Shown here piece by piece: positions 29,020-39,085 of a DNA stretch of 64,000 bases. The stretch's first letter is position 1. Each line of letters opens with the position of its first letter. The notes under the pieces were generated by a model. That model was given only the letters and a program-made list of their open reading frames with translations. It was not told where the DNA came from and did no database searches. This DNA is from Rubripirellula sp. (GTDB lineage Bacteria > Planctomycetota > Planctomycetia > Pirellulales > Pirellulaceae): the NCBI GenBank assembly GCA_965216875.1, contig OZ244207.1, positions 7,616,001 through 7,680,000 of the forward strand. The letters are read 5' to 3'. Both the position numbers and the translations under genes were made by a program.

Positions 29020-29313
29020 TCAATTGAACTCTTCGTCAAAAGCCGAGAAGTCGTCTTTGCCAGCCTCGCCAAAGGCATCTTCGGGCGACTGGCCGCCACC
29101 GGCTTGAATGTTCCCTTCGTCCAAGACGCTTCCACCACCACCGGCGTCGTCGAGCGGTTCCATCGGTTCGAGATCGTCGTCGTCCATCATGCCGGCACCA
29201 GCCGCTTCGGGCTCGTACGAGTTCATCATCTTCCTGCGATCCAGCATCGATGCAATCGGAATGGCGAAGATGGCGCCAAACATCAGAAGAACCCAGGGGA
29301 TGAAGTACAGCAT
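29020..29313 (-). CDS. Small single-pass membrane protein with acidic tail
   Basis: N-terminal TM helix MLYFIPWVLL..; D/E/G-rich tail. Confidence 0.65.
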   Translation of the reverse strand: MLYFIPWVLLMFGAIFAIPIASMLDRRKMMNSYEPEAAGAGMMDDDDLEPMEPLDDAGGGGSVLDEGNIQAGGGQSPEDAFGEAGKDDFSAFDEEFN

Positions 29314-29449
29314 GTCGTCGCGTCGCTGACGGGAAAGGTGAACAGATACGCAATTGACGATAGTCAACGATCTGGAGGGACGCAAACGGCAACCCGCCAA
29401 ACGGCGGATTAACCCGGGCCCGTGGCTCCGCCCATTCCGAATTTCATGC

Positions 29450-31234
29450 TCAAGAGGCCGTTGGATCTCTTTGGGCCCCAAATCCCAATTGGGGCCTCGG
29501 TCCCACTTGGGGACGGGATCCTGCCTCAGGGCGAGACCGCCGCGGCGTGATCGAGCTCGTCACGCCGGTCCCAAGCTCCAACCGTTCCTCGGCCGGGATG
29601 ACTCGGTCAAAGATCTCGGCGGCCTGCGGGTTTTCGTTTTGAAGGTCCTGGTAGAGGGGGGCCAGTCGTTCGCGGGCCTCACCCAATCGCTTCGTATCGC
29701 CGAGTTGTTTCAGCACGTCGCAGCGGCGGGCCAAGGCGATGGCCAAATAGAGCCGGTCGACCTTGGGATCATCGAGCAACGCTCGCAGGGTGAGATCGGC
29801 CGCCCGAAGTTGGCCGCCCGAAGCCTGGTAGGCGGCAAGTTGCAGCGTGGCCTTGGCGTGATAGGCAGCGTTTGTTGATGTTGGCTCGGGGAAGAACTCG
29901 ATCACCGATTTCCAGCCCGCTTCGTCGTTGCGCGTCATCGCGATCAAGAACTGTTCCTGAATCGTCTCGGCTTCGGTCACTTCGTCAGGCCGAAGGATAT
30001 TGGATACCGACTGCTGGGGTTGCCTTTGCATCGCTGCAAAGGCGGCCACGCCACAGGTGATCGGCAAGATGATTGCGGCCGCGTAGCCCAACCAGCGACG
30101 TCCGCGTTGTCGTTTCACTTGGTCGGTGGCGCGCTGCAGGCGGATGGTTGCGGCGGCGGTGCCGACCATTCCAAACCCGCCCACCTTTGATTCCGATGCT
30201 TCGTTGCGAATCGCGTCAAGCAACTCGCTGGGCGATTGAAAGCGATCTTGCGGCAACTTGTTCATCAACCGCGAAACGACGGCTATCAACCATTCGGGCA
30301 GGTCGGGTTGGCTGCCGTTGCGACCGCGCGCCCGATCGAGAGGTGCCGGTGTTTCGTGCAGGTGTAAAACCGCGAGTGCCAATGGATCGTCTGCTTCGAA
30401 CGGTGGCCGACCGGCAAGCAAGTGGTACATCGTGACGCCGAGCGAATACAAGTCACTTCGTACATCGGCGACATGCCCTTGGACTTGTTCGGGGCTCATG
30501 TAGCGTGGCGTGCCAAGGGTCAAACCCGCTTGCGTCAGATCGGCTTGCGAGACCCCGGCATCGGCCCCCAATCGCGCCAAGCCAAAGTCGGCAACCTTCA
30601 CGATCCCGCGCGAGGAACGCATGATGTTTTCGGGCTTGATGTCACGATGCGTGATGCCCGCTTCGGAGGCCACTTCCAATGCGGATGCAACACCGGCCAA
30701 GACCTCGATCGCCGCGTCGACTTCCAAGCGTCCTTCCCGGCCGACTACTTCGCGAAGGTTCTCGCCGTCGACAAGTTCTTGTGCGATGTAGTGTTGGGAA
30801 TCGACGCTGCCGACATCAAAGACTTGAACGATGTTGGGGTGATTCAGTTTCGCTGCCGCGCGTGCTTCTCGGCGAAAGCGTTCCACGTAATCGGCATCAC
30901 GTGCGTATTCGCTTTTTAGAACTTTGAGCGCGACATCACGACCCAGCGACAACTGTCTTGCTGTGTAGACATCGGCCATCCCACCTCGCCCCAGTTTCCG
31001 AAGGACTTGGTAGTCGCCTAGCTTGCGGCCGATCAAACTTCGCGGTTGGCTTCCGGATGATGGACTCGAGCCTGAAACCGGCAGGGGCCCCGGAACCGGC
31101 AGGGGTGAAGAGGCTTGAGTGACATCCGGATCAAAGGCGGGCTCGGTGGGCTGGTGCGACTGGCTGTCGCCCGCCTGCCCGTCGGTCTGCCCATCGGCTT
31201 GCGTTTCGGCCTCGCGTTCATCAGGAGCGTTCAT
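29450..31234 (-). CDS. Hanks-type Ser/Thr protein kinase, membrane anchored
   Basis: LGRGGMADVY, VALK, HRDIKPEN, DFG, YMSPEQ and DLYSLG; one TM helix then a helical C-terminal domain. Confidence 0.93.
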   Translation of the reverse strand: MNAPDEREAETQADGQTDGQAGDSQSHQPTEPAFDPDVTQASSPLPVPGPLPVSGSSPSSGSQPRSLIGRKLGDYQVLRKLGRGGMADVYTARQLSLGRDVALKVLKSEYARDADYVERFRREARAAAKLNHPNIVQVFDVGSVDSQHYIAQELVDGENLREVVGREGRLEVDAAIEVLAGVASALEVASEAGITHRDIKPENIMRSSRGIVKVADFGLARLGADAGVSQADLTQAGLTLGTPRYMSPEQVQGHVADVRSDLYSLGVTMYHLLAGRPPFEADDPLALAVLHLHETPAPLDRARGRNGSQPDLPEWLIAVVSRLMNKLPQDRFQSPSELLDAIRNEASESKVGGFGMVGTAAATIRLQRATDQVKRQRGRRWLGYAAAIILPITCGVAAFAAMQRQPQQSVSNILRPDEVTEAETIQEQFLIAMTRNDEAGWKSVIEFFPEPTSTNAAYHAKATLQLAAYQASGGQLRAADLTLRALLDDPKVDRLYLAIALARRCDVLKQLGDTKRLGEARERLAPLYQDLQNENPQAAEIFDRVIPAEERLELGTGVTSSITPRRSRPEAGSRPQVGPRPQLGFGAQRDPTAS

Positions 31235-32094
31235 CAGGAGACTCCTTCCGACGAGGCTAACGCGGTTTCGCCGATCGTGATCAAACGATTCAGGCTCCCC
31301 GATTGCAATCCACGCAAATCAACGGTGACGAACCGGAACCCGAAACCTTGAAAGACGGCGGAGAGGTCTAACGTTGTTTCCATTTCGACCAACACCTTGA
31401 CTTGAGCCTTGGGGACTTCGATCCGAGCCAGTTCGCCTTCGTGTAGCCGAACCCGACAATCCGTGAAGCCGCGTTCACGCAGCCACGCTTCGGCACGCTC
31501 CACGCGAGACAAACGCTCGGGCGTTACTTCCGTTCCATAGGCAATTCGGCTGGCCAAACAGGGCGACGCTGGAAGTTGATGGTTGGACAACCCAAATCGC
31601 TGTGCCAATTCACGAACCTCGGCTTTGCCAAATCCCAAGTCCGCAAGTGGCGTCATGATGCCCGCACGCTTGCCCGCTTCGATGCCCGGTCGGTAGTCAC
31701 CCAGGTCATCGGCATTGGTGCCAGACAAGAGGGTTGTCTCGTCCGCTGGGTCGGCGATGTCGCTCGCAATTGCCGACAAGGCTTCGTAAAGGGTCGACTT
31801 ACAGTGAAAGCACCTTTGTGAGTCGTTTTGGCGATACTGGGGCAGCAGACCTTCATCGGTTTGGACGAAACGATGTTCGATACCAATTTCGTTGGCGACC
31901 TGTTTGGCGATATCGATTTGCCAACGTGCCACGCTCGCTGAATCCGCTGTGATGGCGACCGCGTGTGACTTTGATCGAGCGGCTGCAGCGGCAACAACGC
32001 TGCTGTCGACGCCACCAGAAAACGCGACCACCACGCGCGGGTGTTGATCGATCCACCGGATCAGTCGAAGTGCGTTCTCTTGCTGTCGGCTCAT
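31234..32094 (-). CDS. larE: LarE-family ATP-dependent sulfur transferase (PP-loop)
   Basis: SGGVDS, RCFHCK, GTNADDLGDYRPG, SPCLASRI and CRVRLH. Confidence 0.85.
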   Translation of the reverse strand: MSRQQENALRLIRWIDQHPRVVVAFSGGVDSSVVAAAAARSKSHAVAITADSASVARWQIDIAKQVANEIGIEHRFVQTDEGLLPQYRQNDSQRCFHCKSTLYEALSAIASDIADPADETTLLSGTNADDLGDYRPGIEAGKRAGIMTPLADLGFGKAEVRELAQRFGLSNHQLPASPCLASRIAYGTEVTPERLSRVERAEAWLRERGFTDCRVRLHEGELARIEVPKAQVKVLVEMETTLDLSAVFQGFGFRFVTVDLRGLQSGSLNRLITIGETALASSEGVS

Positions 32095-32145
32095 GCGAGC
32101 GTTCGGGTCTCGGTGTGCGTCGTTGGTGAGGATGACTCGCCGACC

Positions 32146-33012
32146 TTAGCCGGCGCGTTCTACCCGGACGAAAAAGCCAGCATCGAGCGATCGGCCGGTG
32201 GAATCCTCTAATTGTGACCGCCCCGATTGGATACGCAAACGGCCAGCCTGATCGGCCTGTTGAATTAAACGGGATTGAGTCAAGTATTTACACACCTCCG
32301 TGGCACCAACTTCCTCAGAATGCCCGGTAATCAGCAGTCGAAAACGGTCGGGATCGAGGATTTCGAGGCAGTTTTCCAGCAGCGGCCAAAGATCACGCTC
32401 GAGACGCCAGGCCTTGCCTTTGGGGGAGTGGCCGTAGGCGGGTGGGTCGAGCACGATCGTGTGGTAGATGCGTTTACGACGCACTTCGCGAGCCGCAAAT
32501 TTCGCCGCATCGTCGACGATGTAGCGAATCGGACGGTCGTCGAATTGGTTCAGCTCTGCCGCCTGTTTGGCCGATTGCACGTTCGGTTTGGCGGCGTCAA
32601 CGTGTACCACACTCAGTCCCGCATTCGACATCGCCATACTGCTGGCACCGGTGTAGCCAAACAGGTTCAAGCCGTTTGCCGTGTATGCTTCCTCACTTTC
32701 ACTGGCGGTCGTGCCGAGCCAGCGCCAGTTGTCGCCTTGTTCGGGAAAGAGCCCGATGTGACCAAATGGGGTTGGACGCAGCGGCATCCGAAAGCTCCCA
32801 CAATCGACTGCCAGGTCATTTGGCCAAGGTTGGTGGTGCTTCCACGTTTTGGTGGCTCGATCAAAGACAGCATCGGCCGATGCCCAGCGTTCGGGACAAC
32901 GTCGCCTCGCACCTTCGGCTGATGGTGAAGGACGATCGACGAGGTGGCCGCCAAGAGATTCCAGTTTTCGACCTCCGCCAAAGTCGATCAACTGATAACG
33001 ATCGTCAGACAA
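32146..33012 (-). CDS. Class I SAM-dependent methyltransferase (RlmI/RlmK-like)
   Basis: YQLIDFGGGRKLE, HIGLFPEQ, LNLFGYTG and LDPPAYG; TTG start. Confidence 0.85.
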   Translation of the reverse strand: MSDDRYQLIDFGGGRKLESLGGHLVDRPSPSAEGARRRCPERWASADAVFDRATKTWKHHQPWPNDLAVDCGSFRMPLRPTPFGHIGLFPEQGDNWRWLGTTASESEEAYTANGLNLFGYTGASSMAMSNAGLSVVHVDAAKPNVQSAKQAAELNQFDDRPIRYIVDDAAKFAAREVRRKRIYHTIVLDPPAYGHSPKGKAWRLERDLWPLLENCLEILDPDRFRLLITGHSEEVGATEVCKYLTQSRLIQQADQAGRLRIQSGRSQLEDSTGRSLDAGFFVRVERAG

Positions 33013-33036
33013 ACAAATGGGCCCAGCTTGATTGGG

Positions 33037-33921
33037 TTAGCGTTGCAGGTTCGGTTCTTCCGAAGCGTCCGCGATTTCGGTGCCCTCTTCCACTGAAGAA
33101 GTTTCCTCGGCAATCTCGGACTCGGGAACGCCGATCATGTCGGTGCTGACCCCTCCATGATCAAAGATGGGCCAGCCCTGTTGGAATCGAGTTTCGGCAG
33201 TGTAGTCGACGGGAGGCCGATCGAAAAACTGGGCTGGTGAACCGGTGGCGCTCTTAGCCCCAAACTTGAATTGGCTACCAGCGAGTTTGGTTTGTTCGCG
33301 AATGGTTCCGCCCTGGAAGGGGCCGACGCCCATGACCCAAGTGTCACGTGCCGTCGCCAGTGAATGGTTCACGCCTGATTGCCAAATCGGACGTCGCGAT
33401 TGTCGGTCGTAGGCAAAGCAAGCAATTTTGGCGGCCGCTTCACGAGCCTGACGCCGAGCGACCGCAATCTCGGGAATGGATGGGATGTTAGGAGCACCGG
33501 GGATCAAGGACGCGGTACTGGAGATCGCATTGTTTTCGGGAACGCCAAAGGTCACCCGATGGTCGTCCGATCCGAGCGTTCCGATCCGAGCCTCGATGAT
33601 CACGTCGGCTTCTTGATTGGCGTCCTGCAGCAAGCAACCTGCAGCGACGATCTGCTGCCTGAGTGCGCTGGTGACATATTCGCTGTTCACGAATCCCTGG
33701 CCCTTCACGTGCCGCAAATAGCTCGTGTCGAGGTAGACCTTTCGTCCAGCGAGCGGGCGGAAATCGAGACTGCCGATGCTGCGGTCGACCGCGTCGCTCA
33801 TCACAAGCTGTTCGGTCGCGTGATATTCCCGTGTTGTCCCGCATCCAACCACACCGATCGCGCATACGCCAGCCAAGATGGCAAGCATGAAACGTTCGAT
33901 GGTGCGAGGCGAGTGGCGCAT
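33037..33921 (-). CDS. Lipoprotein of unknown function (DUF6655-like)
   Basis: Lipobox VVGC; ATEQLVMSDAVDRS and KVYLD patterns. Confidence 0.65.
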   Translation of the reverse strand: MRHSPRTIERFMLAILAGVCAIGVVGCGTTREYHATEQLVMSDAVDRSIGSLDFRPLAGRKVYLDTSYLRHVKGQGFVNSEYVTSALRQQIVAAGCLLQDANQEADVIIEARIGTLGSDDHRVTFGVPENNAISSTASLIPGAPNIPSIPEIAVARRQAREAAAKIACFAYDRQSRRPIWQSGVNHSLATARDTWVMGVGPFQGGTIREQTKLAGSQFKFGAKSATGSPAQFFDRPPVDYTAETRFQQGWPIFDHGGVSTDMIGVPESEIAEETSSVEEGTEIADASEEPNLQR

Positions 33922-34097
33922 CGTCTGGCGGAAGGAGGGAGAATTCGTATACGAAGGTTGCCCGTGCGGGAGCGACCCGCATGCTTTTTGATGTAGCCCG
34001 CCGAATCGAATCGGGGCAAGGCCATTGAAGAAGTTTTCTTAAAGTCGCGTGAAACGTGGAGCCGTGAAACGTTGTGAGCCCTGTTAACGCCCGCCTC

Positions 34098-34222
34098 CGT
34101 GAGCCGCACGCGCTAGCGTCGGGCCTTGCTCGCTCTTGCCCATCTTGCTACGCCCGACGCTAGCGCGTGCGGCTCACGAAGGGACCTCAAGAAGATTCCG
34201 GCTAAAGCTCGGTACTACAAAC
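34098..34222. repeat. REP-like inverted pair plus family A copy
   Basis: CGTGAGCCGCACGCGCTAGCGTCGGGC ... GCCCGACGCTAGCGCGTGCGGCTCACG perfect inverted repeat, then AAGATTCCGGCTAAAGCTCGGTACTACAAAC (34192-34222). Confidence 0.8.
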
Positions 34223-34530
34223 GATGCGCACAAAAAGAGCCGCAAACCGATCACAGCGTTTTCCCACGGCCGCTGTGATCGGCTGCGACTCAATAATGTT
34301 GGTTCGGCGAGAGGTCGTTCGCCGCGCCCGACTTCTGCTCAAATCGGGCTTACTGGCTGGGCTCAGAGATTTGCTTGTACGGGCGCGCTACCAAAAGGGT
34401 TTTCGAAAAATAGGGAAATGGTCTCTACATCCCTGTCGTACGAGCAATCCGTGATTCTTCTCTTGCCACCTTCCACTTCATTCGTGCGATTCGAGTGATT
34501 CGTGGTTCTCCTCTACCGCCTTCCTCGCGA

Positions 34531-35838
34531 TTAAACCAACAACGCCTCGATTGGTTCCCCTTCGCTTCGTTTGATGGGACGGCCAATGGGCGTATCGAGC
34601 TCTTCGTCAAACTCGACCCCCAAAGCCTTGAGAGCGGTGGCATGGACGTCCTCGATTGTCACCGGTTTGGATAGATCATTGACTTCTTTGCCACGCTCAA
34701 GCTTTGGATCGGCCGCCGTTGCTCCGTGCACGGCACCACGGCGAATGCCACAGCCAGCCATCAAGATCGAAAAGCCATGCGGCCAGTGATCGCGACCGCC
34801 GCCAGGATTGATCTGAGGCGTGCGGCCGAATTCACCACCGCAAATGACCAGCGTGGAATCAAGTTGGTCACGTTCCTCGAGTCGAGCGAGCAATGCAGCC
34901 AGCGCGGGATCGAGTTTTTCACACGCCGACGATTGCAACGAATGGTTGTTGATGTGTGAGTCCCATCCGCCGAGCGTCACTTCGACACACCGCGTTCCGA
35001 CTTCGATCAGACGCGATGCGGCCAAACATCCGCGCCCAAACACGCTGTCACCGAATGCTTCCAGGACCGCTTTGGGTTCTTCGTTGACGTCAAACGCCCC
35101 GAGTTGATCGCTATCCATCATCAATAGCGCCGAATCGGTTGCCGTCTTATGAAGCGTTCGCTCCTTTTCCAAGTTAGCGAGCCGGCCGCGACGAAACTCG
35201 GCTTCGACCACTTCGTACAGGTCATCGATCCGTTTGTTGTAGCGATCCTTTTCGATCGGGCGATTGATATCGGGAACTGGCCCGGCGGGGTCACCGATTT
35301 TGAAGGCATCGAACTTGGCACCCAGGTAGCCGCCGCGGCCCGGCGAGTTGCCAGGTGCAATGGAGATATGTCGCGGGATATCGCCGCCAGCGTCGTCGGC
35401 TTCACAGAGGACGGCGCCCATTGATGGATGCGTCAGTGTGGGGTCGGGACGATAACCCGTTTTGACGTTGTAGATGGCGCGAGCGTGATCGCCCTCTTTG
35501 CTGGTTACTGCGCGCAGCAATGACGCCAAATGCATCTGCTCGGCTGTCCGAGGCATGGTGTCGGAAAGCTGAATGCCCTTTGCCGATGAGTCGATCGCCT
35601 TGGAATCACCGCCGATCGAGCCACCTGGATGAGGGTCGAACGTTTCGAGCTGACTGGGGCCGCCTTCAAGCCAAAGCAGGATGACGCTCTTGGGTTGGGC
35701 TTTGTCGGTCAAGCCAAGTTCGTCCGCCCGAGCCAACGTGCGGGCGAGCGTTGACATCATCAACGCACCGCCGCCGGCACCAAGCAAAGTGCGTCGCGAC
35801 AGGTGAGCGCTGCGGTTGCAGAGTGGAAGTGGATTCAT
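34531..35838 (-). CDS. DUF1501 domain protein with Tat signal
   Basis: LSRRTLL; LWLEGGPSQLETFDP, GWDSH, GEFGRTP and GRDHWP. Confidence 0.9.
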   Translation of the reverse strand: MNPLPLCNRSAHLSRRTLLGAGGGALMMSTLARTLARADELGLTDKAQPKSVILLWLEGGPSQLETFDPHPGGSIGGDSKAIDSSAKGIQLSDTMPRTAEQMHLASLLRAVTSKEGDHARAIYNVKTGYRPDPTLTHPSMGAVLCEADDAGGDIPRHISIAPGNSPGRGGYLGAKFDAFKIGDPAGPVPDINRPIEKDRYNKRIDDLYEVVEAEFRRGRLANLEKERTLHKTATDSALLMMDSDQLGAFDVNEEPKAVLEAFGDSVFGRGCLAASRLIEVGTRCVEVTLGGWDSHINNHSLQSSACEKLDPALAALLARLEERDQLDSTLVICGGEFGRTPQINPGGGRDHWPHGFSILMAGCGIRRGAVHGATAADPKLERGKEVNDLSKPVTIEDVHATALKALGVEFDEELDTPIGRPIKRSEGEPIEALLV

Positions 35839-35864
35839 GAGGTTTCAGCTCCGCCGAGGAGACG

Positions 35865-37568
35865 TCAATGGTTGGTGGCCAATTCGCTGCTGTTGAGCAG
35901 CACCCAGAATAGGTCTTCGATCGCATCGTCACGGTTGACCGCTTCGCCCATTCGTTGAACGAAATGAGCTTTTTCGACTTCACTTGGGTAGCGGTTGAGA
36001 GCACACAGGTAGACGGTTTCAACGGCGTGCGCGTCGTCACCCGTAAACATGTTGATGTGTCCGGTCGAATTGAGCACAGGGTTACCGTTGATCAATTCTC
36101 CGAGCATGTTGCCATTCATCATCAAAAGGCGTTGGGTGATCGTGACGTTGTCGGTGGTGAATTCGTCTTCGCCGATGTCACCGTAGCTGGTCACAAAGTC
36201 GTTGGCTCCGGCAAACGTTTGCAATTGCAGGAAGACCGATGATTCGCGGTCCGTCTTTTTGATGCGGGCGGCTTGAATGATCGATCCCGCGACTTGCTCG
36301 GGGCGGAGTCGCACCAATGGAAAGACGGCGTGCGAGTATTCGTGTTTGGGCAAGACTTCGAATTTGTCAGTGCGGCTGTTGACCCGAAAGGCTGACGAGC
36401 GGGCGATCAGCGAAATCAAACGTCGCACGTCAAAACCGTTGTTCACAAAGTCGTCAGCCAAGACGTCAATCATCGGATTGACCGATTCGTCCAACGGCAA
36501 ATTGTCGACCGCTTCGCCAAACGGGCGTCCGTACATCAGTGCCCACACGTGGCTGACCGCAGCGCGCGCAGCTTGCGAGTTTTCTGGATGCGTGACCCAA
36601 CGGGCTAGACGCTCACGTGGATCACCCTCTTCGGGCAGCAATTCGGGATAGAACGGGACGCTTGCTTCGACGGCCGTCTCTTCGGTGTCATCCAAATACT
36701 TGTAGTTGTATTCAACATCGCCATTCTTGACGCCTTGCAAACCATTCATCTTGGCGCTGGTGTAAAACGCGGCGAGTTGATGGAAATCGGTTTGCAGACC
36801 TTCACGTGGTTCGTCGACGTCGCCCAAATTGACGTTGCCTAGGAAGTCATCGTGGCATTGAAGGCAATCGATTCGCAGTCCGAGAAAGGCTCGCGACGTT
36901 CTGGCTGCCAAGCGAATCGGATCCGGTTTGCCGTCGTTGCTGTCGAAGGTTGCCGTCAAGAAATTGACTTCGGGTTGGTCGGTCCACAATCCCTTCGCTG
37001 TGATCAATTGCTGCACAAACTCGTCGTAGGGTTTGTTGGATGCAAAGACATCGGTCAACCAAATTCGAAATCGACGGCGGCGGTAGGTTACAAACTGGCC
37101 TTCGTCGGTTCCGACCAGGTACCGCGCCCAGCGTTCTGCCCAATAGTGGTGGAATCGCGGGTCCTCGAGCAGGTCCTCAAGGTGTTTCTGCTCGCGTTCC
37201 GATTCTGGCAACGATTCAAGTCGACGAATCTCTTCGAGGGAAAGGCCACTGCCAACCAGCGAGAGTGACATACGACGACACACGGTCAACCAATCCGCCC
37301 GGTCGGCCGATTCGAACCCTTTGTCGGCGAGCGTTTGTGTCCATTGTTGATCAACCAATTTGATCGTCGATGTCAGTGAATCGGTCGCTTCGGCAACTGG
37401 ATTCGTTTTTGCCAGGTCGTCGACGGCGACGCGCTGTTGCGGAACGTCGGAAAGGCCGGAGGCGAGATAGCCAAACGCCACCAAGACCAGCGTGGCGAAC
37501 CATCCCCAGCGGATCGCCTGACGCCCAAGCCGGCGCATGGTTGACGGTTGAGGGTGATTGGCCGTCAT
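35865..37568 (-). CDS. DUF1549/DUF1553 (PSCyt2/PSD1) domain protein
   Basis: RRMSLSLVG, FLGLRIDCLQCHD (CxxCH), RERLARWVTHPEN, RLRPEQ and EDLFWVLLNSSE; start uncertain. Confidence 0.85.
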   Translation of the reverse strand: MTANHPQPSTMRRLGRQAIRWGWFATLVLVAFGYLASGLSDVPQQRVAVDDLAKTNPVAEATDSLTSTIKLVDQQWTQTLADKGFESADRADWLTVCRRMSLSLVGSGLSLEEIRRLESLPESEREQKHLEDLLEDPRFHHYWAERWARYLVGTDEGQFVTYRRRRFRIWLTDVFASNKPYDEFVQQLITAKGLWTDQPEVNFLTATFDSNDGKPDPIRLAARTSRAFLGLRIDCLQCHDDFLGNVNLGDVDEPREGLQTDFHQLAAFYTSAKMNGLQGVKNGDVEYNYKYLDDTEETAVEASVPFYPELLPEEGDPRERLARWVTHPENSQAARAAVSHVWALMYGRPFGEAVDNLPLDESVNPMIDVLADDFVNNGFDVRRLISLIARSSAFRVNSRTDKFEVLPKHEYSHAVFPLVRLRPEQVAGSIIQAARIKKTDRESSVFLQLQTFAGANDFVTSYGDIGEDEFTTDNVTITQRLLMMNGNMLGELINGNPVLNSTGHINMFTGDDAHAVETVYLCALNRYPSEVEKAHFVQRMGEAVNRDDAIEDLFWVLLNSSELATNH

Positions 37569-37968
37569 GACGTGATCGCCTCGCTTACGGGCTTTTTGAT
37601 CGACGGAGTTTTGGCCATGATGAAGCTCGGCGGGAAGCAGAAAAGAGACCAAAAAGGTTGGGTAACGTGATGGATTCGTCGACTCTAGCGTAATCTTGGC
37701 TTTGCGGAAGGAAAAAAACGCCTGCCGAACGTGCCCGCTTGGTGACGCAAGTCACAGAATCACCGTGATTGCCGATGATTCACGGCTTTTCGGCGAGCTA
37801 CCGGACTCCGGTTTGTCGCGCCAAAACATGCTCCAATTCAGGCCTAAAAGAGTGGAAGCAAGGGTACGATAACGATGATTCGCGGCGCAATCGTAAGCGG
37901 CAAGACGCTGGCTGCCGGTTCATCAGCAAACTTCGCCGCGAGTGATTCTTGCGGCCGCCCAGAACAAC

Positions 37969-39006
37969 ATGCAACAGACGGAAACATCACAGGAACGATT
38001 GGCGGACGCTCCGCACGACTTTCGGCAATGGCTTGCCGAGCGGTCAGCGAAGCTGATGTTTTCGTTGTCGTTGGTGTTTCTCTTTTGTCAGGCTGTGCTC
38101 GTTGTCCTTTGGGCAGACGTGCCGATGCTGATCGAAAATGCGCGCGCATCGGTTTCTGGCAGCCACGTATTGCTTGATCTTGGCGAAGTCTCGTCGGCCA
38201 CTTTGCTGCAATCGAGTTTTCAAACACTGGTGCTGGTGGTGATGATGCTGATCTGGCCCATCGTCATCGCCGAAGCCGTTTTCCATTGGGTGACCCGTCC
38301 GTGGAATGCCGAGATGCGACGCCAGCACTTCTTGGGGTTTCTGTGTTGCGTCTGCCCTTCGTTGCGCTTGTGCGCTCGAAATCCTGAGATGGGAAATCGA
38401 CTTTGGTTGCCGGGTCTTGGCTGGCGAGTGCCAAACAAACGATTGCGAAAACGTCTCGAGAAACGTTTCAGCCTGCCGATGATCATGATCGCGCTTTTGA
38501 TCATGCCAGTGTTGATCGTCGAGTTCTTTATGAAAACGCAGGTGGCTCGCTACGACTGGCTGCGATTGTCGCTGCACGTCAGCACCGGAGTCATCTGGTT
38601 TGCGTTTGCAGGTGAGTTCATCTTGATGTTCTCGATCGCGGAAAAGAAGATCGAGTATTGCAAGAAGCATTGGATTGATTTGGCGATCATTCTGCTGCCG
38701 TTCGTTTCGTTCCTGCGATCGATGCGTATCCTGCGCGCCTCGCGCGCCGCCAAACTCGTTCAGGTTTCGCAGCTTTCGAAATTTGCTCGCATGTATCGTT
38801 TGCGTGGCACTGCGGCAAAGGCGCTCCGAGCACTCGTGCTGCTTGACCTCGTCCAACGCATGCTCGGTGGCCCCGAGAAGTCGATTCAGCGGCTTGAGAA
38901 ACGGTTGTCCGACGTCGAAGACGAAGCCAAGGATCTGCGCCGACGTATCAATCGCTTGCAACGTCAGCAACGCGAGAAAGCGGAATCGGACACCGCCGAG
39001 GCGTAA
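37969..39006 (+). CDS. Ion-transport / voltage-sensor-like membrane protein without a pore domain
   Basis: IWFAFAGEF (S2-like), HWIDLAIILLP (S3-like), FLRSMRILRASR (S4-like); C-terminal coiled coil; no GYG. Confidence 0.7.
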   Translation: MQQTETSQERLADAPHDFRQWLAERSAKLMFSLSLVFLFCQAVLVVLWADVPMLIENARASVSGSHVLLDLGEVSSATLLQSSFQTLVLVVMMLIWPIVIAEAVFHWVTRPWNAEMRRQHFLGFLCCVCPSLRLCARNPEMGNRLWLPGLGWRVPNKRLRKRLEKRFSLPMIMIALLIMPVLIVEFFMKTQVARYDWLRLSLHVSTGVIWFAFAGEFILMFSIAEKKIEYCKKHWIDLAIILLPFVSFLRSMRILRASRAAKLVQVSQLSKFARMYRLRGTAAKALRALVLLDLVQRMLGGPEKSIQRLEKRLSDVEDEAKDLRRRINRLQRQQREKAESDTAEA

Positions 39007-39085
39007 CCTTTGAGGGGCGACTGCTATACTCAGTGGTCCCACCAACGCGTTCTCGCCCGCGAAATCTCCCATTCAGCTTCGCATC

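Noticed and set aside
37969..39006. Calling this a potassium channel
   Set aside because: No pore helix or TxGYG selectivity filter is present.
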